Source of the DNA: Candidatus Yanofskybacteria bacterium
GTDB taxonomy: Bacteria; Patescibacteriota; Minisyncoccia; 2-02-FULL-40-12; GWA2-44-9
Reading direction: 5' to 3'
Length of the DNA stretch: 64,000 bases
NCBI GenBank assembly: GCA_016181045.1
Contig: JACPAB010000003.1
Span: 7,652 to 71,651 of the forward strand
In this document: in pieces, positions 29,236 to 41,518 of the stretch
How the letters are laid out: each line of letters begins with the position of its first letter
How positions within the stretch are numbered: the first letter of the stretch is position 1
Notes under the pieces: generated by a model
Told to the model about the DNA's origin: nothing
The model's database searches: none
The model's input: only the letters and a program-made list of their open reading frames with translations
Program-made: the position numbers and the translations under genes

Positions 29236-29799
29236 AATTGCGTGGAGTTCCTTCAGAGTTCTCTCGTATAGAATGACCGCTCTTTTCGCTTCCGCGTAGC
29301 GTAAAAAGTAGTTCGTATCATGGACGAGGCGGTTTCTGATCTTGTGGGCTTCCCAGAGGCCATTGAGTGTTTCAAGCTGGCTTTGATTGATAGCCAGAAG
29401 ACGCTCGCCCATTGTTTCTCCGGGGAATGAATTTTTAAGAATGTCATCGACTACTTTGTCTGCTTCGATGACGGCGAATTTCCATTCGGCCTCGCGGGTG
29501 GAAGTTATATGCCTTTGAACTTCTTCCCAACGGGTGTTTACTGCCGAAGTGGCCGAACTGGGCGGGGCGATGATTTTTGCGATATCTATTCTTTTTGCCG
29601 CCAACCGGTTGAGCTTAACCACGACGATCACGAGAAGCAAAAAAACAATACCCGCCAGTGAGGCCATTACTATTTTTAAAGTACTGAGATTTTCTCCGAG
29701 GAACGGGAAATAATCGCCTATCTGGGCCAACTGAAATCCTCCGATCCCTGAAGTGGTAAATAAACTTCCAACTGTTGAAGACACGATGTTGTAGTCCAT
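29233..29799 (-). CDS. conserved membrane-anchored hypothetical protein
   Basis: One TM helix; WKFAVIEADK, GETMGERL, WEAHKIRNRLVH. Confidence 0.75.
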   Translation of the reverse strand: MDYNIVSSTVGSLFTTSGIGGFQLAQIGDYFPFLGENLSTLKIVMASLAGIVFLLLVIVVVKLNRLAAKRIDIAKIIAPPSSATSAVNTRWEEVQRHITSTREAEWKFAVIEADKVVDDILKNSFPGETMGERLLAINQSQLETLNGLWEAHKIRNRLVHDTNYFLRYAEAKRAVILYERTLKELHAI

Positions 29800-29807
29800 G
29801 CCCGTAT

Positions 29808-31235
29808 TTATTTTAACGCTTGTTCCAAATGATATGCCAGACGCAGGACCGTCGCTTCATCGAAGTATTTTCCGATGATCTGGAAGCCCACCGGCATATT
29901 ACTCTCCCGTCCCAATCCGCACGGGACAGATATGCCGGGCAGGCCGGCCAGGTTAACCGGTACGGTGTAGATGTCTTCCAAATACAGAGACAACGGGTCG
30001 GCTACCTTCTCCCCTATTTTGAATGCCGTAGTCGGAGACACCGGCCCTACAATAGCGTCAACTTTCTTAAAAGCATTGTCGAAGTCCTGTCTCAACAGAG
30101 TGCGGATTTTCTGCGCTTTCAGGTAATAAGCATCATAATATCCCGAGGATAACGCGTATGTTCCCAAGATTATCCTTCTTTTGGGTTCCGGTCCAAGCCC
30201 TTCCGAACGCGAGTTCAAATATACGTCCAACAATGTTTCCGATTTTTGGGAAGAATGACCGTATCTTATGCCGTCAAAACGGGCCAGGTTCGAAGAGATC
30301 TCCGAAGGAACGATTATATAATAAGCGGCCAGAGCGTATTCGAAGTTGGGCAGAGATATCTCTTCGATGATACAGCCCAGCTCCGCGAGCTTGTTTATGG
30401 AATGCCTGACCTTTTCTTCAACCTCCGGGCTCAAGCCTTTCCCAAAAAATTCCTTCGGCACTCCTATTTTAAGGCCCTTGATGCCGGAATTAAGATTTTT
30501 CGAGACATTAGGGACGGCTTTGTTTAAAGTTGTGGAATCGAATTTATCAAATCCGGCAATTGCTTCGAAAATCAGGGCCGCGTCTTCAACATTTTTGGTG
30601 ATAGGTCCGATCTGGTCCAGAGATGAGGCCATCGCTATAAGCCCGTGGCGGGAAACTCGTCCGTAACTGGGCTTAAACCCCACCACTCCGCAAAAAGACG
30701 CCGGTTGGCGTATCGAACCGCCGGTATCGGAACCGAGGGCGAATACCGCCAGGTCCGCGGCAACGGCTGCGGCCGAACCGCCGGAAGAACCGCCCGGAAC
30801 CCGCTTAAGGTCGTGAGGATTTTTCGTGGGGCCAAAAGCGGAATTTTCGGTTGATGTGCCCATGGCGAACTCATCCATATTTGTTTTCCCAAGAAACTGT
30901 ACGCCTGCTGATCTTAACTTTTTTATAACCGTTGCGTCATAAGCCGATATATAATTTTCAAGCATCTTTGAGCCGGCAGTACAAATAGTGCCGTTGATGA
31001 GCATGTTGTCTTTGGTGGCGGCGGGAACAGCCCAGAGCGGCCCAGCCGCCTGGGAATTTCTGATTTCTAATTTCAAATTTCTAAATACAGATAAATAAGC
31101 GTTGAATTTTTTGTTCTCTCTGCTTATTTTTTCTGAATAGTGTTTGAAAATCTCTTCAGCCGAAAACTCCTTCTTCCGAAGGCCTACTTGAACATCGCGA
31201 ATCGTGTAATTTTTTGAATTTTTAATTTCGGACAT
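29808..31235 (-). CDS. gatA: Asp/Glu-tRNA amidotransferase subunit A
   Basis: Amidase signature GGSSGGSAAAVA, GSDTGGSIRQPAS. Confidence 0.98.
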   Translation of the reverse strand: MSEIKNSKNYTIRDVQVGLRKKEFSAEEIFKHYSEKISRENKKFNAYLSVFRNLKLEIRNSQAAGPLWAVPAATKDNMLINGTICTAGSKMLENYISAYDATVIKKLRSAGVQFLGKTNMDEFAMGTSTENSAFGPTKNPHDLKRVPGGSSGGSAAAVAADLAVFALGSDTGGSIRQPASFCGVVGFKPSYGRVSRHGLIAMASSLDQIGPITKNVEDAALIFEAIAGFDKFDSTTLNKAVPNVSKNLNSGIKGLKIGVPKEFFGKGLSPEVEEKVRHSINKLAELGCIIEEISLPNFEYALAAYYIIVPSEISSNLARFDGIRYGHSSQKSETLLDVYLNSRSEGLGPEPKRRIILGTYALSSGYYDAYYLKAQKIRTLLRQDFDNAFKKVDAIVGPVSPTTAFKIGEKVADPLSLYLEDIYTVPVNLAGLPGISVPCGLGRESNMPVGFQIIGKYFDEATVLRLAYHLEQALK

Positions 31236-31266
31236 TTGGATTTGTTTAGAAATTAGTAATTAGAAA

Positions 31267-31602
31267 TTAGGATTTCCGCAAGACCGATTTCACCTTAATA
31301 AATCGGTTTTGTCGGCTTGGCGCTTGGCCGACGAGCTTATCGTTCAAGTCCTCGTTCATTTCACCCTCTTTCGCCGAGGCTTCGGCGGGCAAGAAGTCCT
31401 TCCGGTATTCGTCCGTCCGGAAAGAATTGATCAGGCCTGTGATCTGGTGGGCGGGGTCAACTTTTGACGTATCAACTTTGTTCAACTGGTTTATAAAATC
31501 CAAAATCGAACCCAGCTCTTTTGGAAATTTTTTCGCTTCATCCTTGTTTAACTTTATTCTTGCCAAGTTGGCAACATGTTGTAGTTCTTTTTCGGTAAGC
31601 AT
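31267..31602 (-). CDS. gatC: Asp/Glu-tRNA amidotransferase subunit C
   Basis: HVANLARI, ILDFINQLNKVDT, upstream of gatA. Confidence 0.93.
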   Translation of the reverse strand: MLTEKELQHVANLARIKLNKDEAKKFPKELGSILDFINQLNKVDTSKVDPAHQITGLINSFRTDEYRKDFLPAEASAKEGEMNEDLNDKLVGQAPSRQNRFIKVKSVLRKS

Positions 31603-31619
31603 GGTGTCGGTTAACTGAT

Positions 31620-33662
<2,043 letters not shown>

Positions 33663-33687
33663 TCAGATTTAGTGGTGGATTAAAGGC

Positions 33688-34047
33688 CTATTCCTCTACT
33701 TTGAACGCCCTGGTAACGGTTCGGAATGTTCCAATTACAGTGTGGTTCAGAGGGCTTTCGGCGGGGGCGCATGTGCCGGGTCCTGCGCCGAAGAGAATGG
33801 TATATGTCGCTCCGTTGGACATGACCGGCTGGGACACGGGCGGCTGCCGGTCTCTTTGGGTGTAAAGGCACCACTCCACAGCGCTATCGGCGGCATATAT
33901 GGCAGCCACGGAACTCAAGGAATCCTGCGCCGACTTTAAACGAGGCAGAAGTGTGTTAGCCAAAGACAGGGTGATAGTGAGAATTACGCCCAGCATAAGA
34001 ACGGAGAATATTAATACTGAACCTTTTTGGATATCGTAAATTTTCAT
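33688..34047 (-). CDS. PilX-like minor pilin
   Basis: QKGSVLIFSVLML..., AIYAADSAVE. Confidence 0.7.
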   Translation of the reverse strand: MKIYDIQKGSVLIFSVLMLGVILTITLSLANTLLPRLKSAQDSLSSVAAIYAADSAVEWCLYTQRDRQPPVSQPVMSNGATYTILFGAGPGTCAPAESPLNHTVIGTFRTVTRAFKVEE

Positions 34048-34048
34048 A

Positions 34049-34588
34049 TTATGGAAAAGAAAATTCACCTATCTCATCTCGGGACGAGACGGTGGTCTGA
34101 AGGTTTATTTCAAGCACTTCACGGCCCGATACGTTTTCTACTGTTGTCAGAATTGCTACCCTGGGGGTCTTATTGTCGTTCGACAAAGAACCCGTTATAC
34201 AAAAGTTGAATCGCGAAAATCTCACATCGGAACCGCTTATGACCACATAAGGCCCTCCGGCCTGGCTCTTCTCGATTGCGCCGTTGTTCAATCTAAAGAC
34301 GACATCGCTTTTTACGGGGTGGTTTATGGTGAGGGTGTTGGCCGTGCAACCTGGCGACTCCTGATTTGCGATCACGCTTACCCTGATATCTCTGGACATG
34401 CTCTCCAGAACGAATATGGCGTTATCCTGTATCTTTTGGGATGCGGATGCTCTTCTTTGCAACGATAAGGTTTCGACGAATATGCCACTGACAGCCATTG
34501 CGATGATGGAAAATATAAGCGAAGTTACAAGGACTTCAACTATTGTAAACCCCGCCTCTGATTTTTTTACATTTAAATATTTAAACAT
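34049..34588 (-). CDS. PilW-like minor pilin
   Basis: Prepilin motif GFTIVEVLV. Confidence 0.85.
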   Translation of the reverse strand: MFKYLNVKKSEAGFTIVEVLVTSLIFSIIAMAVSGIFVETLSLQRRASASQKIQDNAIFVLESMSRDIRVSVIANQESPGCTANTLTINHPVKSDVVFRLNNGAIEKSQAGGPYVVISGSDVRFSRFNFCITGSLSNDNKTPRVAILTTVENVSGREVLEINLQTTVSSRDEIGEFSFP

Positions 34589-34599
34589 TTAAATATTTT

Positions 34600-35091
34600 T
34601 TATTTCCAGTTAAAAAGATGTGATTCCGCGATAGCGCTTTTTGCTATGCCCCCCCGCTGTTCCCAGGTTACTTCGCTTATGATTCTCAATTCGCCCGCAT
34701 TGACCTTCAGGATCGAGATCGTCCTTCGGAATATCGTGTTGTTGCCGGTTGAATAATTATACAACCCGTTAGCTTCTTTGATGGGCGGATTTGTGCCCAA
34801 TGCGATAAGGGTGTCGGAATTCCATTCAATCCTGTAAGTGCCGTTGGCAAGGCCGGTGTCAAAAGCGGTACCATTGAACCAGTTGGTGTCTCTTATTCCC
34901 CTTATAACCTCTATGCCTTCCTGGGTCAGGTTGGCGGCAACGAGATTGTTTTTAACGACCGCGGCGGTATTGTTTATATTGGTCGTTAAGATCAAAGACG
35001 GCCCAAGAGCGATGGTCAGCACAACCAAAGCCATCAGGGCTTCAATAAGGGTAAAACCTTTGTTATTGAATTTTTCCGGAAGTATATACAT
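34600..35091 (-). CDS. PilV-like minor pilin
   Basis: KGFTLIEALMA, ANLTQEGIEVIR. Confidence 0.85.
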   Translation of the reverse strand: MYILPEKFNNKGFTLIEALMALVVLTIALGPSLILTTNINNTAAVVKNNLVAANLTQEGIEVIRGIRDTNWFNGTAFDTGLANGTYRIEWNSDTLIALGTNPPIKEANGLYNYSTGNNTIFRRTISILKVNAGELRIISEVTWEQRGGIAKSAIAESHLFNWK

Positions 35092-35599
35092 TTATGGTTT
35101 TACAATTAGCCGGACAAGTTCCGCCTATTTTCCCTAAAGTAATAGCTTGGGGCGGCAGTCCTAAAGTCGAATCGTTGTTAAGATATGTTTTTGGGTCTGG
35201 CGGTTCGAAGAATATGTCGTTGAAGGGCGACTTGAATTCGACTCTGGTATCGGTAAAGACACTCGTTAATATTATCGTGTCGGCACCGTCGTAGTTCTTG
35301 TTAAGCGCGGAACAATTGACGGAAGCGGCGTCAGGCCCGACATATAGGGCATACGAGGTCTGGTCTATATAGTGGATCCCATAACCGCATCTTATTTTCA
35401 ATCCGGTTCCGGTATCATGCCGCGCGCTTGCAAGCGCGCGCGTTTGGGCTAATCGTAGCCCACCCACGAGTTCATTGGCGGTCAAAGTCAGGTCGATCCT
35501 GCTTCTTTGGAAGTTGAGCAGCATAAAAGCGGTGATAACACCGGTAATTGCGGCCACCACCGCAACCTCAACAAGAGTAAATCCACTCCGCCTATTCAT
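35063..35599 (-). CDS. FimT/GspH-like minor pilin
   Basis: SGFTLVEVAVV, LRLAQTRA. Confidence 0.85.
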   Translation of the reverse strand: MNRRSGFTLVEVAVVAAITGVITAFMLLNFQRSRIDLTLTANELVGGLRLAQTRALASARHDTGTGLKIRCGYGIHYIDQTSYALYVGPDAASVNCSALNKNYDGADTIILTSVFTDTRVEFKSPFNDIFFEPPDPKTYLNNDSTLGLPPQAITLGKIGGTCPANCKTINVYTSGKIQ

Positions 35600-36029
35600 A
35601 TTTGATGACGATGCTGTCGCCGGCCTTGAGATTAATCTTATTCAAGTCCTTGGAGTCGATCTGCTTGTCATTGATAAAAAATCCGAAATGCTTGTCCCCC
35701 ACTCTATTCAGGTGGTCATTGATCTCCATGATCCGGGTCTGATTCTTCTCGTCCAACGCATAGTTGAGTTTTATTTTTCCGACAGCCATAGCCATGTTCA
35801 AGGCATCGAGTACTGTCATGTCCTCTACAACCTCGCCTTCAAAAGTTCTTTTCAGGTTATCAAAATTAACGGCTAAAGTGGCCAAACTGTTGCCATCGCT
35901 TCCAGCATCTTTCAGGTTGTCAACGGTTATTTTAAAAACGGAAGCCAGCAGTAATAAAACTATGATCGAAGCTATTTCGATCAGGTACCGTTTCTTAAAA
36001 AATGGTTTGAGTGACTTTTTGTAATTCAT
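35592..36029 (-). CDS. membrane-anchored DUF4430-like protein
   Basis: TM helix; TVLDAL...IMEIN...FFINDK...LKAGDSI. Confidence 0.6.
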   Translation of the reverse strand: MNYKKSLKPFFKKRYLIEIASIIVLLLLASVFKITVDNLKDAGSDGNSLATLAVNFDNLKRTFEGEVVEDMTVLDALNMAMAVGKIKLNYALDEKNQTRIMEINDHLNRVGDKHFGFFINDKQIDSKDLNKINLKAGDSIVIKYE

Positions 36030-36747
36030 TTTGGAAAATTAAGAAAATTATCGAGTTTATTGCTAAAAAAGTTCCCAGGGGCAGCGCTGTTTTAAGTGTC
36101 GCCTTTCCGGCCATGACAAGGGCTATACCAACCAATGCCGCTGTCCAGACGGAGAACAGCACCGCCAGAACGCCCAGAGGATAACCCAGCGCCAGACCGA
36201 TTAAAAATACAAGCTTAGCGTCTCCGAGGCCGAGCCACCGCCCCCGGGACCCTAAGTACATTATAGCAAAGATCGCGCTAAGTATTAAAGCGGTAATCAA
36301 CCGCGCCGAAATGTCCGCCACGGACAGGTTAAAAGTAAAAGCCAAAATGATAAGCGGGAAAACGATCTTGTCGGGAATAATAAGTTCGAGAAGATCCGAA
36401 AATACTATAACCATCAAACCGGAGATAAGCGCTAATCCATAGAGCACCTCGAGAGCATAAGTATTTCGGAAATAGATATATGCCAAGAAGGCGACCGCCG
36501 TCAGTATTTCGACAGCGGGATATATCAAGGATATTTTTTGCCGGCAATGGCGGCACTTCCCCTTCAGGGTCAGGAAACTCAAAACAGGAATAAGGTCGCG
36601 CCATTTCAGAACATGGCCGCAATGCGGGCATTCGGATCTTCCCCAAAATATCCCGCCCTTTTTGCCAAGTCGGAATGTTATAACGTTAAGAAAACTGCCG
36701 ATACTTAAACCGACAACAAGAATGAAAAGTGTGATAATCCAGCCCAT
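35995..36747 (-). CDS. pilD: prepilin peptidase
   Basis: GSFLNV, RSECPHC, DLIPVLSF..LKGKCRHC, GLGDAKL. Confidence 0.95.
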   Translation of the reverse strand: MGWIITLFILVVGLSIGSFLNVITFRLGKKGGIFWGRSECPHCGHVLKWRDLIPVLSFLTLKGKCRHCRQKISLIYPAVEILTAVAFLAYIYFRNTYALEVLYGLALISGLMVIVFSDLLELIIPDKIVFPLIILAFTFNLSVADISARLITALILSAIFAIMYLGSRGRWLGLGDAKLVFLIGLALGYPLGVLAVLFSVWTAALVGIALVMAGKATLKTALPLGTFLAINSIIFLIFQNELQKVTQTIF

Positions 36748-36760
36748 TAGTTAAGTATAT

Positions 36761-36788
36761 CAAAAATCCGGCAGATGCCGGATTTTTG
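36761..36788. terminator. terminator after the major pilin
   Basis: CAAAAATCCGGCA-GA-TGCCGGATTTTTG. Confidence 0.8.
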
Positions 36789-36816
36789 ATGAGGTTTAAA
36801 AGTTTAAAGTTTAAAA

Positions 36817-37332
36817 CTAATTTTGGCCCTGATCATAAACACAGTTTATGCCTGTACTGGTGCAGTTGGCACCGTTTGCGTCAGTTCCGTCACGGCCTTG
36901 TCCGGTCCACCCCACAGAGGAGTTGATGTCCGCGTCGCTTTTAAGAGCTCCCGCCGATTGCTCCAGCTCTGCCCAGACGTGGTATCTCGTCAAACCGTTA
37001 TATGCGTATCCATAAGCGTAGTCACCTGCGTTCAAGGGATCTGACGGCATCTGGGTCATGTATTTCGGAACCAATAGCGCTCCAAGCCCGGCAAATGTCG
37101 CTGTCTGGGGATATGATCCGGCATCGTCGAAATAAAGCTCCGCGGCGGTCCTTACCTGGCTAATGTCGGCAATTCTCTTGGCGTCTCTGGCTCTTTGCCT
37201 GGCTACGCCAAGCTGCAGCAAGAGAAGGGTGGCAAGGATACCGATAATGGAAATGACGACCAGAAGCTCGACCAAGGTAAAACCCTTCGATTGACTCAGG
37301 GCGAGTCCTTTTTGAGAGTTGTTTTTTATCAT
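36817..37332 (-). CDS. probable major type IV pilin
   Basis: [29 protein letters not shown]-terminal Cys pair, own terminator. Confidence 0.9.
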   Translation of the reverse strand: MIKNNSQKGLALSQSKGFTLVELLVVISIIGILATLLLLQLGVARQRARDAKRIADISQVRTAAELYFDDAGSYPQTATFAGLGALLVPKYMTQMPSDPLNAGDYAYGYAYNGLTRYHVWAELEQSAGALKSDADINSSVGWTGQGRDGTDANGANCTSTGINCVYDQGQN

Positions 37333-37396
37333 ATTCTTAATTTTACTTGAAACATGAAGATTAACGCAACTTAAGATATCAACACCTTCTTTTTAA

Positions 37397-38605
37397 TTAA
37401 CTTACCCCGACCAGGTTATATATCGGCAGCAGTATCGCCGAGACCAAAATTGCAACAGCTACGCCGAGCAGTAGAACTAAGATCGGCTCTATCAGCTGGG
37501 AAATGCTTCCAATGGCGTTCTCCGATTCGGATTTGTAGTATTTGGATATGTGGGTAAGCATGAAGTCCAGCTTTCCTGTTTTTTCTCCGATTGCCACCAT
37601 CGAGGTGGTCAGCGGCGGGATCTCGGCATATTTAGAGAATGATTCGGATATCGTTCCTCCGCCTCTTACATTCTCTTCGGCGTCGAGGAGTATCTTCTGA
37701 TAATTAATGTTGCCGACCAGCTCGGATGTTATATGAAGGGCGTCAAGAATGGGAATCCCCGACTTGATCAGGGTCGATAAGCTTTCCGATATGCGGGCAA
37801 GATATAAACTTCTTACGACAACTCCGAGAGAAGGCATGGTGATCTTTAGGTTATCCAGCCAGGCCCTGCCGGAGGAAGTGCCGATGTATCTCCAAAACCC
37901 CACTATCAAGGCGAGCAGAAAGGGCACAAGGATAATAAGATATTTGTTCACAAAAGCCGTAACCCATATGAGCATTCTGGTAGTTATGGGAAGCTGAACG
38001 TCCCCAATATCTTTGAATACCGAAAGCAATTGAGGAAGGACATATACCACCATGATCGACGTTACCACAAGCAACGCGAACACCACGAAGGCCGGATATG
38101 CCAGGGCGCCCCGTATTTTAGAGTTTATGGATTGGCTTCTTTCTAAATAGTCAGCCAGATAGAGCAAGGACTCATGAAGTTTTCCGGAGACCTCTCCCGA
38201 TTGGACAAGTTTTATGTAAAAAGAGCCGAAAAGTTCTGGATGAACCGCCAACGAGGCCGACAATGATTGGCCGCTTTCCACTGCCTCGGAGACGTCAGTG
38301 AGGACTTTTCTGAACTGGGGTTTTTCAACCTGTTTGGCCAGAGTTCTCAGTCCTTCTGCTAAAGGCATGTCGGCATCGATCAGGGTGGATAGTTGTCTGG
38401 TGAACAAAACCACGTCCTTGTTCGATATTTTGGAAAAATATTTGGATATGTCGGACGATAGAATTCCCTTGTCGGTCGCCTCCAAAGACAAGATAGTATA
38501 ACCCTTTGACTGCAAAGTGGTGACGGCGACGTTCTCATCCGGTGCCTCAACGCTTCCCTCCAGTATCTCCCCAGTTTGTGTTTTGACCTTATATTTGAAA
38601 TTCAT
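37397..38605 (-). CDS. pilC: type IV pilus platform protein PilC
   Basis: FTRQLSTL, GEVSGKL, ALAYPAF, GEKTGKL, LIEP. Confidence 0.95.
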   Translation of the reverse strand: MNFKYKVKTQTGEILEGSVEAPDENVAVTTLQSKGYTILSLEATDKGILSSDISKYFSKISNKDVVLFTRQLSTLIDADMPLAEGLRTLAKQVEKPQFRKVLTDVSEAVESGQSLSASLAVHPELFGSFYIKLVQSGEVSGKLHESLLYLADYLERSQSINSKIRGALAYPAFVVFALLVVTSIMVVYVLPQLLSVFKDIGDVQLPITTRMLIWVTAFVNKYLIILVPFLLALIVGFWRYIGTSSGRAWLDNLKITMPSLGVVVRSLYLARISESLSTLIKSGIPILDALHITSELVGNINYQKILLDAEENVRGGGTISESFSKYAEIPPLTTSMVAIGEKTGKLDFMLTHISKYYKSESENAIGSISQLIEPILVLLLGVAVAILVSAILLPIYNLVGVS

Positions 38606-38608
38606 ATC

Positions 38609-39670
38609 TTAGACAAGGTTTTTTAATTCTCCCGGGTTTTGTGAATAGAACTCTGCTCTTTCCCAGCCGATCTCTTTCCTCCTTACCAGGTCGGCCAAAG
38701 ACCTGTCCAAACTTATCATACCGATATCCTGACTGGTCTCTATGACCATGTCCATCTGCCGGGGGCGATTATCCCGAATCAATGTTCTGATGGCTGGCGT
38801 GGCTATCATCACTTCAACTGCCGGAACCAGACCTCCTTTTATCCTGGGAATAAGGCGCTGGGAGATCACTCCCGATATCGTGTTGGCAAGCTGGTTCCTG
38901 ATCTGGGATTCCTGGTTCGGCGGGAAGCTGTTCAGGATCCTTTCAACTGTCTGGGATGCGCTGTTGGTGTGCAGAGAGGCAAATACCAAATGGCCCGTCT
39001 CGGCAGCCGTGACGGCCGCGCTCATTGTTTCGTAATCACGCATTTCCCCGACCATGACTACGTTGACGTTCTGCCTGAAGGTCGAACGCAGCGCTTTGTG
39101 GAAAGAAAAAGTGTCCTGGTAAACTTCCCTTTGGTCGATGACGCTTTTGTCGGGAGAGAATATGTATTCGATGGGGTCTTCAATAGTGACTATCTTCTCG
39201 GCCCGTTCTTTATTTATCATATCAATGATTGATGCCATGGTGGTGGACTTTCCATGGCCGTTTGGACCGACTACGAGAACAAAGCCCTGGGAGAGCTTGG
39301 AAAAGATCTTCACTATCGGGGGGAGATTCAGCTCCTCCACCGTCTTTATCACATTCGGTATTAACCGCAGAGATGCCGCAAAGCCACCTTTGGCCTGATA
39401 GGCATCGACTCGAAACCTGTTCTTGCTGGGTATTTCGAATGAAAAGTCGAGCTCTTTCTCGGAAAGGAACCGGTTCTTCTTTTCTTCTCCAAGCAAAGCG
39501 AACACCAGCCCTTGGGAGGTCTCGCTGTCCAGGACGCTGTAATTGATCAGCATGACCAGGCGGCCGTCGACTCTTATGACAGGATAGTGGCCCGGCGAGA
39601 TATGCAGGTCGGTAGCTCCCTGCTGGGCCGTCAATAAAAGTAATTCTTCTAAATATTGTTTTGGGTCCAT
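38609..39670 (-). CDS. pilT: retraction ATPase PilT
   Basis: TDLHI, GPNGHGKSTT, TIEDPIE, AAETGHL, AIRTLIR. Confidence 0.95.
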   Translation of the reverse strand: MDPKQYLEELLLLTAQQGATDLHISPGHYPVIRVDGRLVMLINYSVLDSETSQGLVFALLGEEKKNRFLSEKELDFSFEIPSKNRFRVDAYQAKGGFAASLRLIPNVIKTVEELNLPPIVKIFSKLSQGFVLVVGPNGHGKSTTMASIIDMINKERAEKIVTIEDPIEYIFSPDKSVIDQREVYQDTFSFHKALRSTFRQNVNVVMVGEMRDYETMSAAVTAAETGHLVFASLHTNSASQTVERILNSFPPNQESQIRNQLANTISGVISQRLIPRIKGGLVPAVEVMIATPAIRTLIRDNRPRQMDMVIETSQDIGMISLDRSLADLVRRKEIGWERAEFYSQNPGELKNLV

Positions 39671-39703
39671 CTTTTTATATTTAAATATTTAAACATTTAA
39701 ATA

Positions 39704-41452
39704 TCATGCGGAATCGCCGGCTTGGGCGACTTCAAGCAGTTCTTCCAATGATACTACCCCCTGAAGCACTTTCAAAATTCCGTCCTGGAACATGGTTATC
39801 ATCCCCTGCCGCTTGGCCTCGGCGCGCATTGCCGCTTCCGAGATCGTTCCCAAAATTATCTTTTCCAGCTCGTCGGTCATTTCCATCATCTCGAAAATAC
39901 CGATTCGGCCCTTGAACGCTTTGCCCCCGCACTTTTTGCAAGGATTCTCTTTGTTTGGCTTAAATATCGTGTAGCCGTTCTTGGACAGAAATTCTGTTTG
40001 ATATTCGGCGGGCATATCAAGGATTGACTCGCTTATCATTTTTTCTTCGGCTGTGTTGGCTTTTGCCTGAACCTTGCAGTCGGGGCAGAGACGTCTTAAA
40101 AGCCGCTGGGCCGCTGCGACGTTCAAAGTGGAAGGTATTAAATAATTTTCAACACCCATATCTATTAAGCGCGGAACTACGCCCATGGCGTCATTGGTGT
40201 GGAGGGTGGACAACACAATATGGCCGGTCAGGGCGGCTTGGGTGGCAAGGCCTGCCGTTTCCCGGTCTCGAATTTCACCGACCATTATAATATCGGGGTC
40301 TTGCCTTAAAATATGGCGCAAACCGCTGGCAAAGGTGTAGCCGATCTCTTCGTGGATCTGGGATTGGTTAACTCCGTCCACGAAATATTCTATTGGGTCT
40401 TCCAGGGTAACTATGTTCACGTCCTCGCTGTTTATCTTCTTCAACATTCCGGCCAAGGTGGTTGACTTACCGGAACCGGTAGGGCCGGTTATCAAAATAC
40501 TGCCGAACGGCTTTTCCAGGGCCCTGTCTATTACCTCGGCCGATCTGCCGACAAGCCCTAGATCGGGCAGGTCTATCTTGCTGGTCAAAGGATCCAAGAT
40601 ACGCATTACAACCTTCTCGCCGTTTTTTGTAGGAAATGTTGAAACACGAAAATCAACTTTTCTGCCGGCGATCTTTGTGGAAAATCTCCCGTCCTGTGCC
40701 AGGCGGGTCTCGTCTATCTTAAGGTCGGTTAGGATTTTTATTCTGGTTACAACGGCGGACTGAAGATTTTTGGGCAGCGTCAGCGATGTGGTCAAGATTC
40801 CGTCGATCCTGAACCTGGTCCGCACCCTGTCTTCGAACGGTTCGATGTGAATGTCGGAAGCCCTTGTTTCAACTGCATGCTTGACTATAACCGCGACAAT
40901 GCGGGTTACCGGCGCTTCCGCCGTTATTTCCTCTAAGGATTTAACCGGGCCCACCTTGGCCTCGATCTCTTCGGATAATGATTCCAGTGCTTCTCCCACT
41001 TCACCGGTCAGTGTTCGGTAGCTCTTTAACAAGTTGTCGAAGTCCCGATAGCTGATAACGTATTTTTCGATAGTGAGCTCCTTGTCTTCCCCGATGAACT
41101 TCAAGGCCTCCAGGGCGCCGTTATCTTCGGGGTTCAAAATGCCGACGCGCAAAATATCTCCCTCTTTTGAAAATGGAACGGCATGATACTGGGTGATCAC
41201 GTCTTCCGAAACCTCTTTCAGTACCGAACGGTCCACTTCCACGCCTTCAAGATCCACAGCCGGCAACCGATAAAGAGACGACTTAAACTTGAGGAGGTCC
41301 TGGTCGGAGAAAAGTCCCCTTTCAATTAGAACTCGCCCAACTTCCTTATCTTCTTCCCGAGCTTGTTGGGTTATTTTGGCTAATTCATCTTGAGAAACAG
41401 TATTCTGACGAACCAGCTCGTCTAAAAGTGTTTGGGGAATCTTGATAGCCAT
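39704..41452 (-). CDS. pilB: assembly ATPase PilB
   Basis: ASDIHIEP, GPTGSGKSTT, LRQDPD, tetracysteine motif. Confidence 0.95.
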   Translation of the reverse strand: MAIKIPQTLLDELVRQNTVSQDELAKITQQAREEDKEVGRVLIERGLFSDQDLLKFKSSLYRLPAVDLEGVEVDRSVLKEVSEDVITQYHAVPFSKEGDILRVGILNPEDNGALEALKFIGEDKELTIEKYVISYRDFDNLLKSYRTLTGEVGEALESLSEEIEAKVGPVKSLEEITAEAPVTRIVAVIVKHAVETRASDIHIEPFEDRVRTRFRIDGILTTSLTLPKNLQSAVVTRIKILTDLKIDETRLAQDGRFSTKIAGRKVDFRVSTFPTKNGEKVVMRILDPLTSKIDLPDLGLVGRSAEVIDRALEKPFGSILITGPTGSGKSTTLAGMLKKINSEDVNIVTLEDPIEYFVDGVNQSQIHEEIGYTFASGLRHILRQDPDIIMVGEIRDRETAGLATQAALTGHIVLSTLHTNDAMGVVPRLIDMGVENYLIPSTLNVAAAQRLLRRLCPDCKVQAKANTAEEKMISESILDMPAEYQTEFLSKNGYTIFKPNKENPCKKCGGKAFKGRIGIFEMMEMTDELEKIILGTISEAAMRAEAKRQGMITMFQDGILKVLQGVVSLEELLEVAQAGDSA

Positions 41453-41517
41453 TAGCTGTTAGCCATTAGCTGTTAGCCATTAGCTTCTAAGTTCTATTGG
41501 CTAAGTTCTATTGGCTA
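41448..41517. repeat. 7/14-bp tandem tract
   Basis: (CCATTAGCTGTTAG)x2.5 then (CTAAGTTCTATTGG)x2. Confidence 0.8.
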
Positions 41518-41518
41518 T

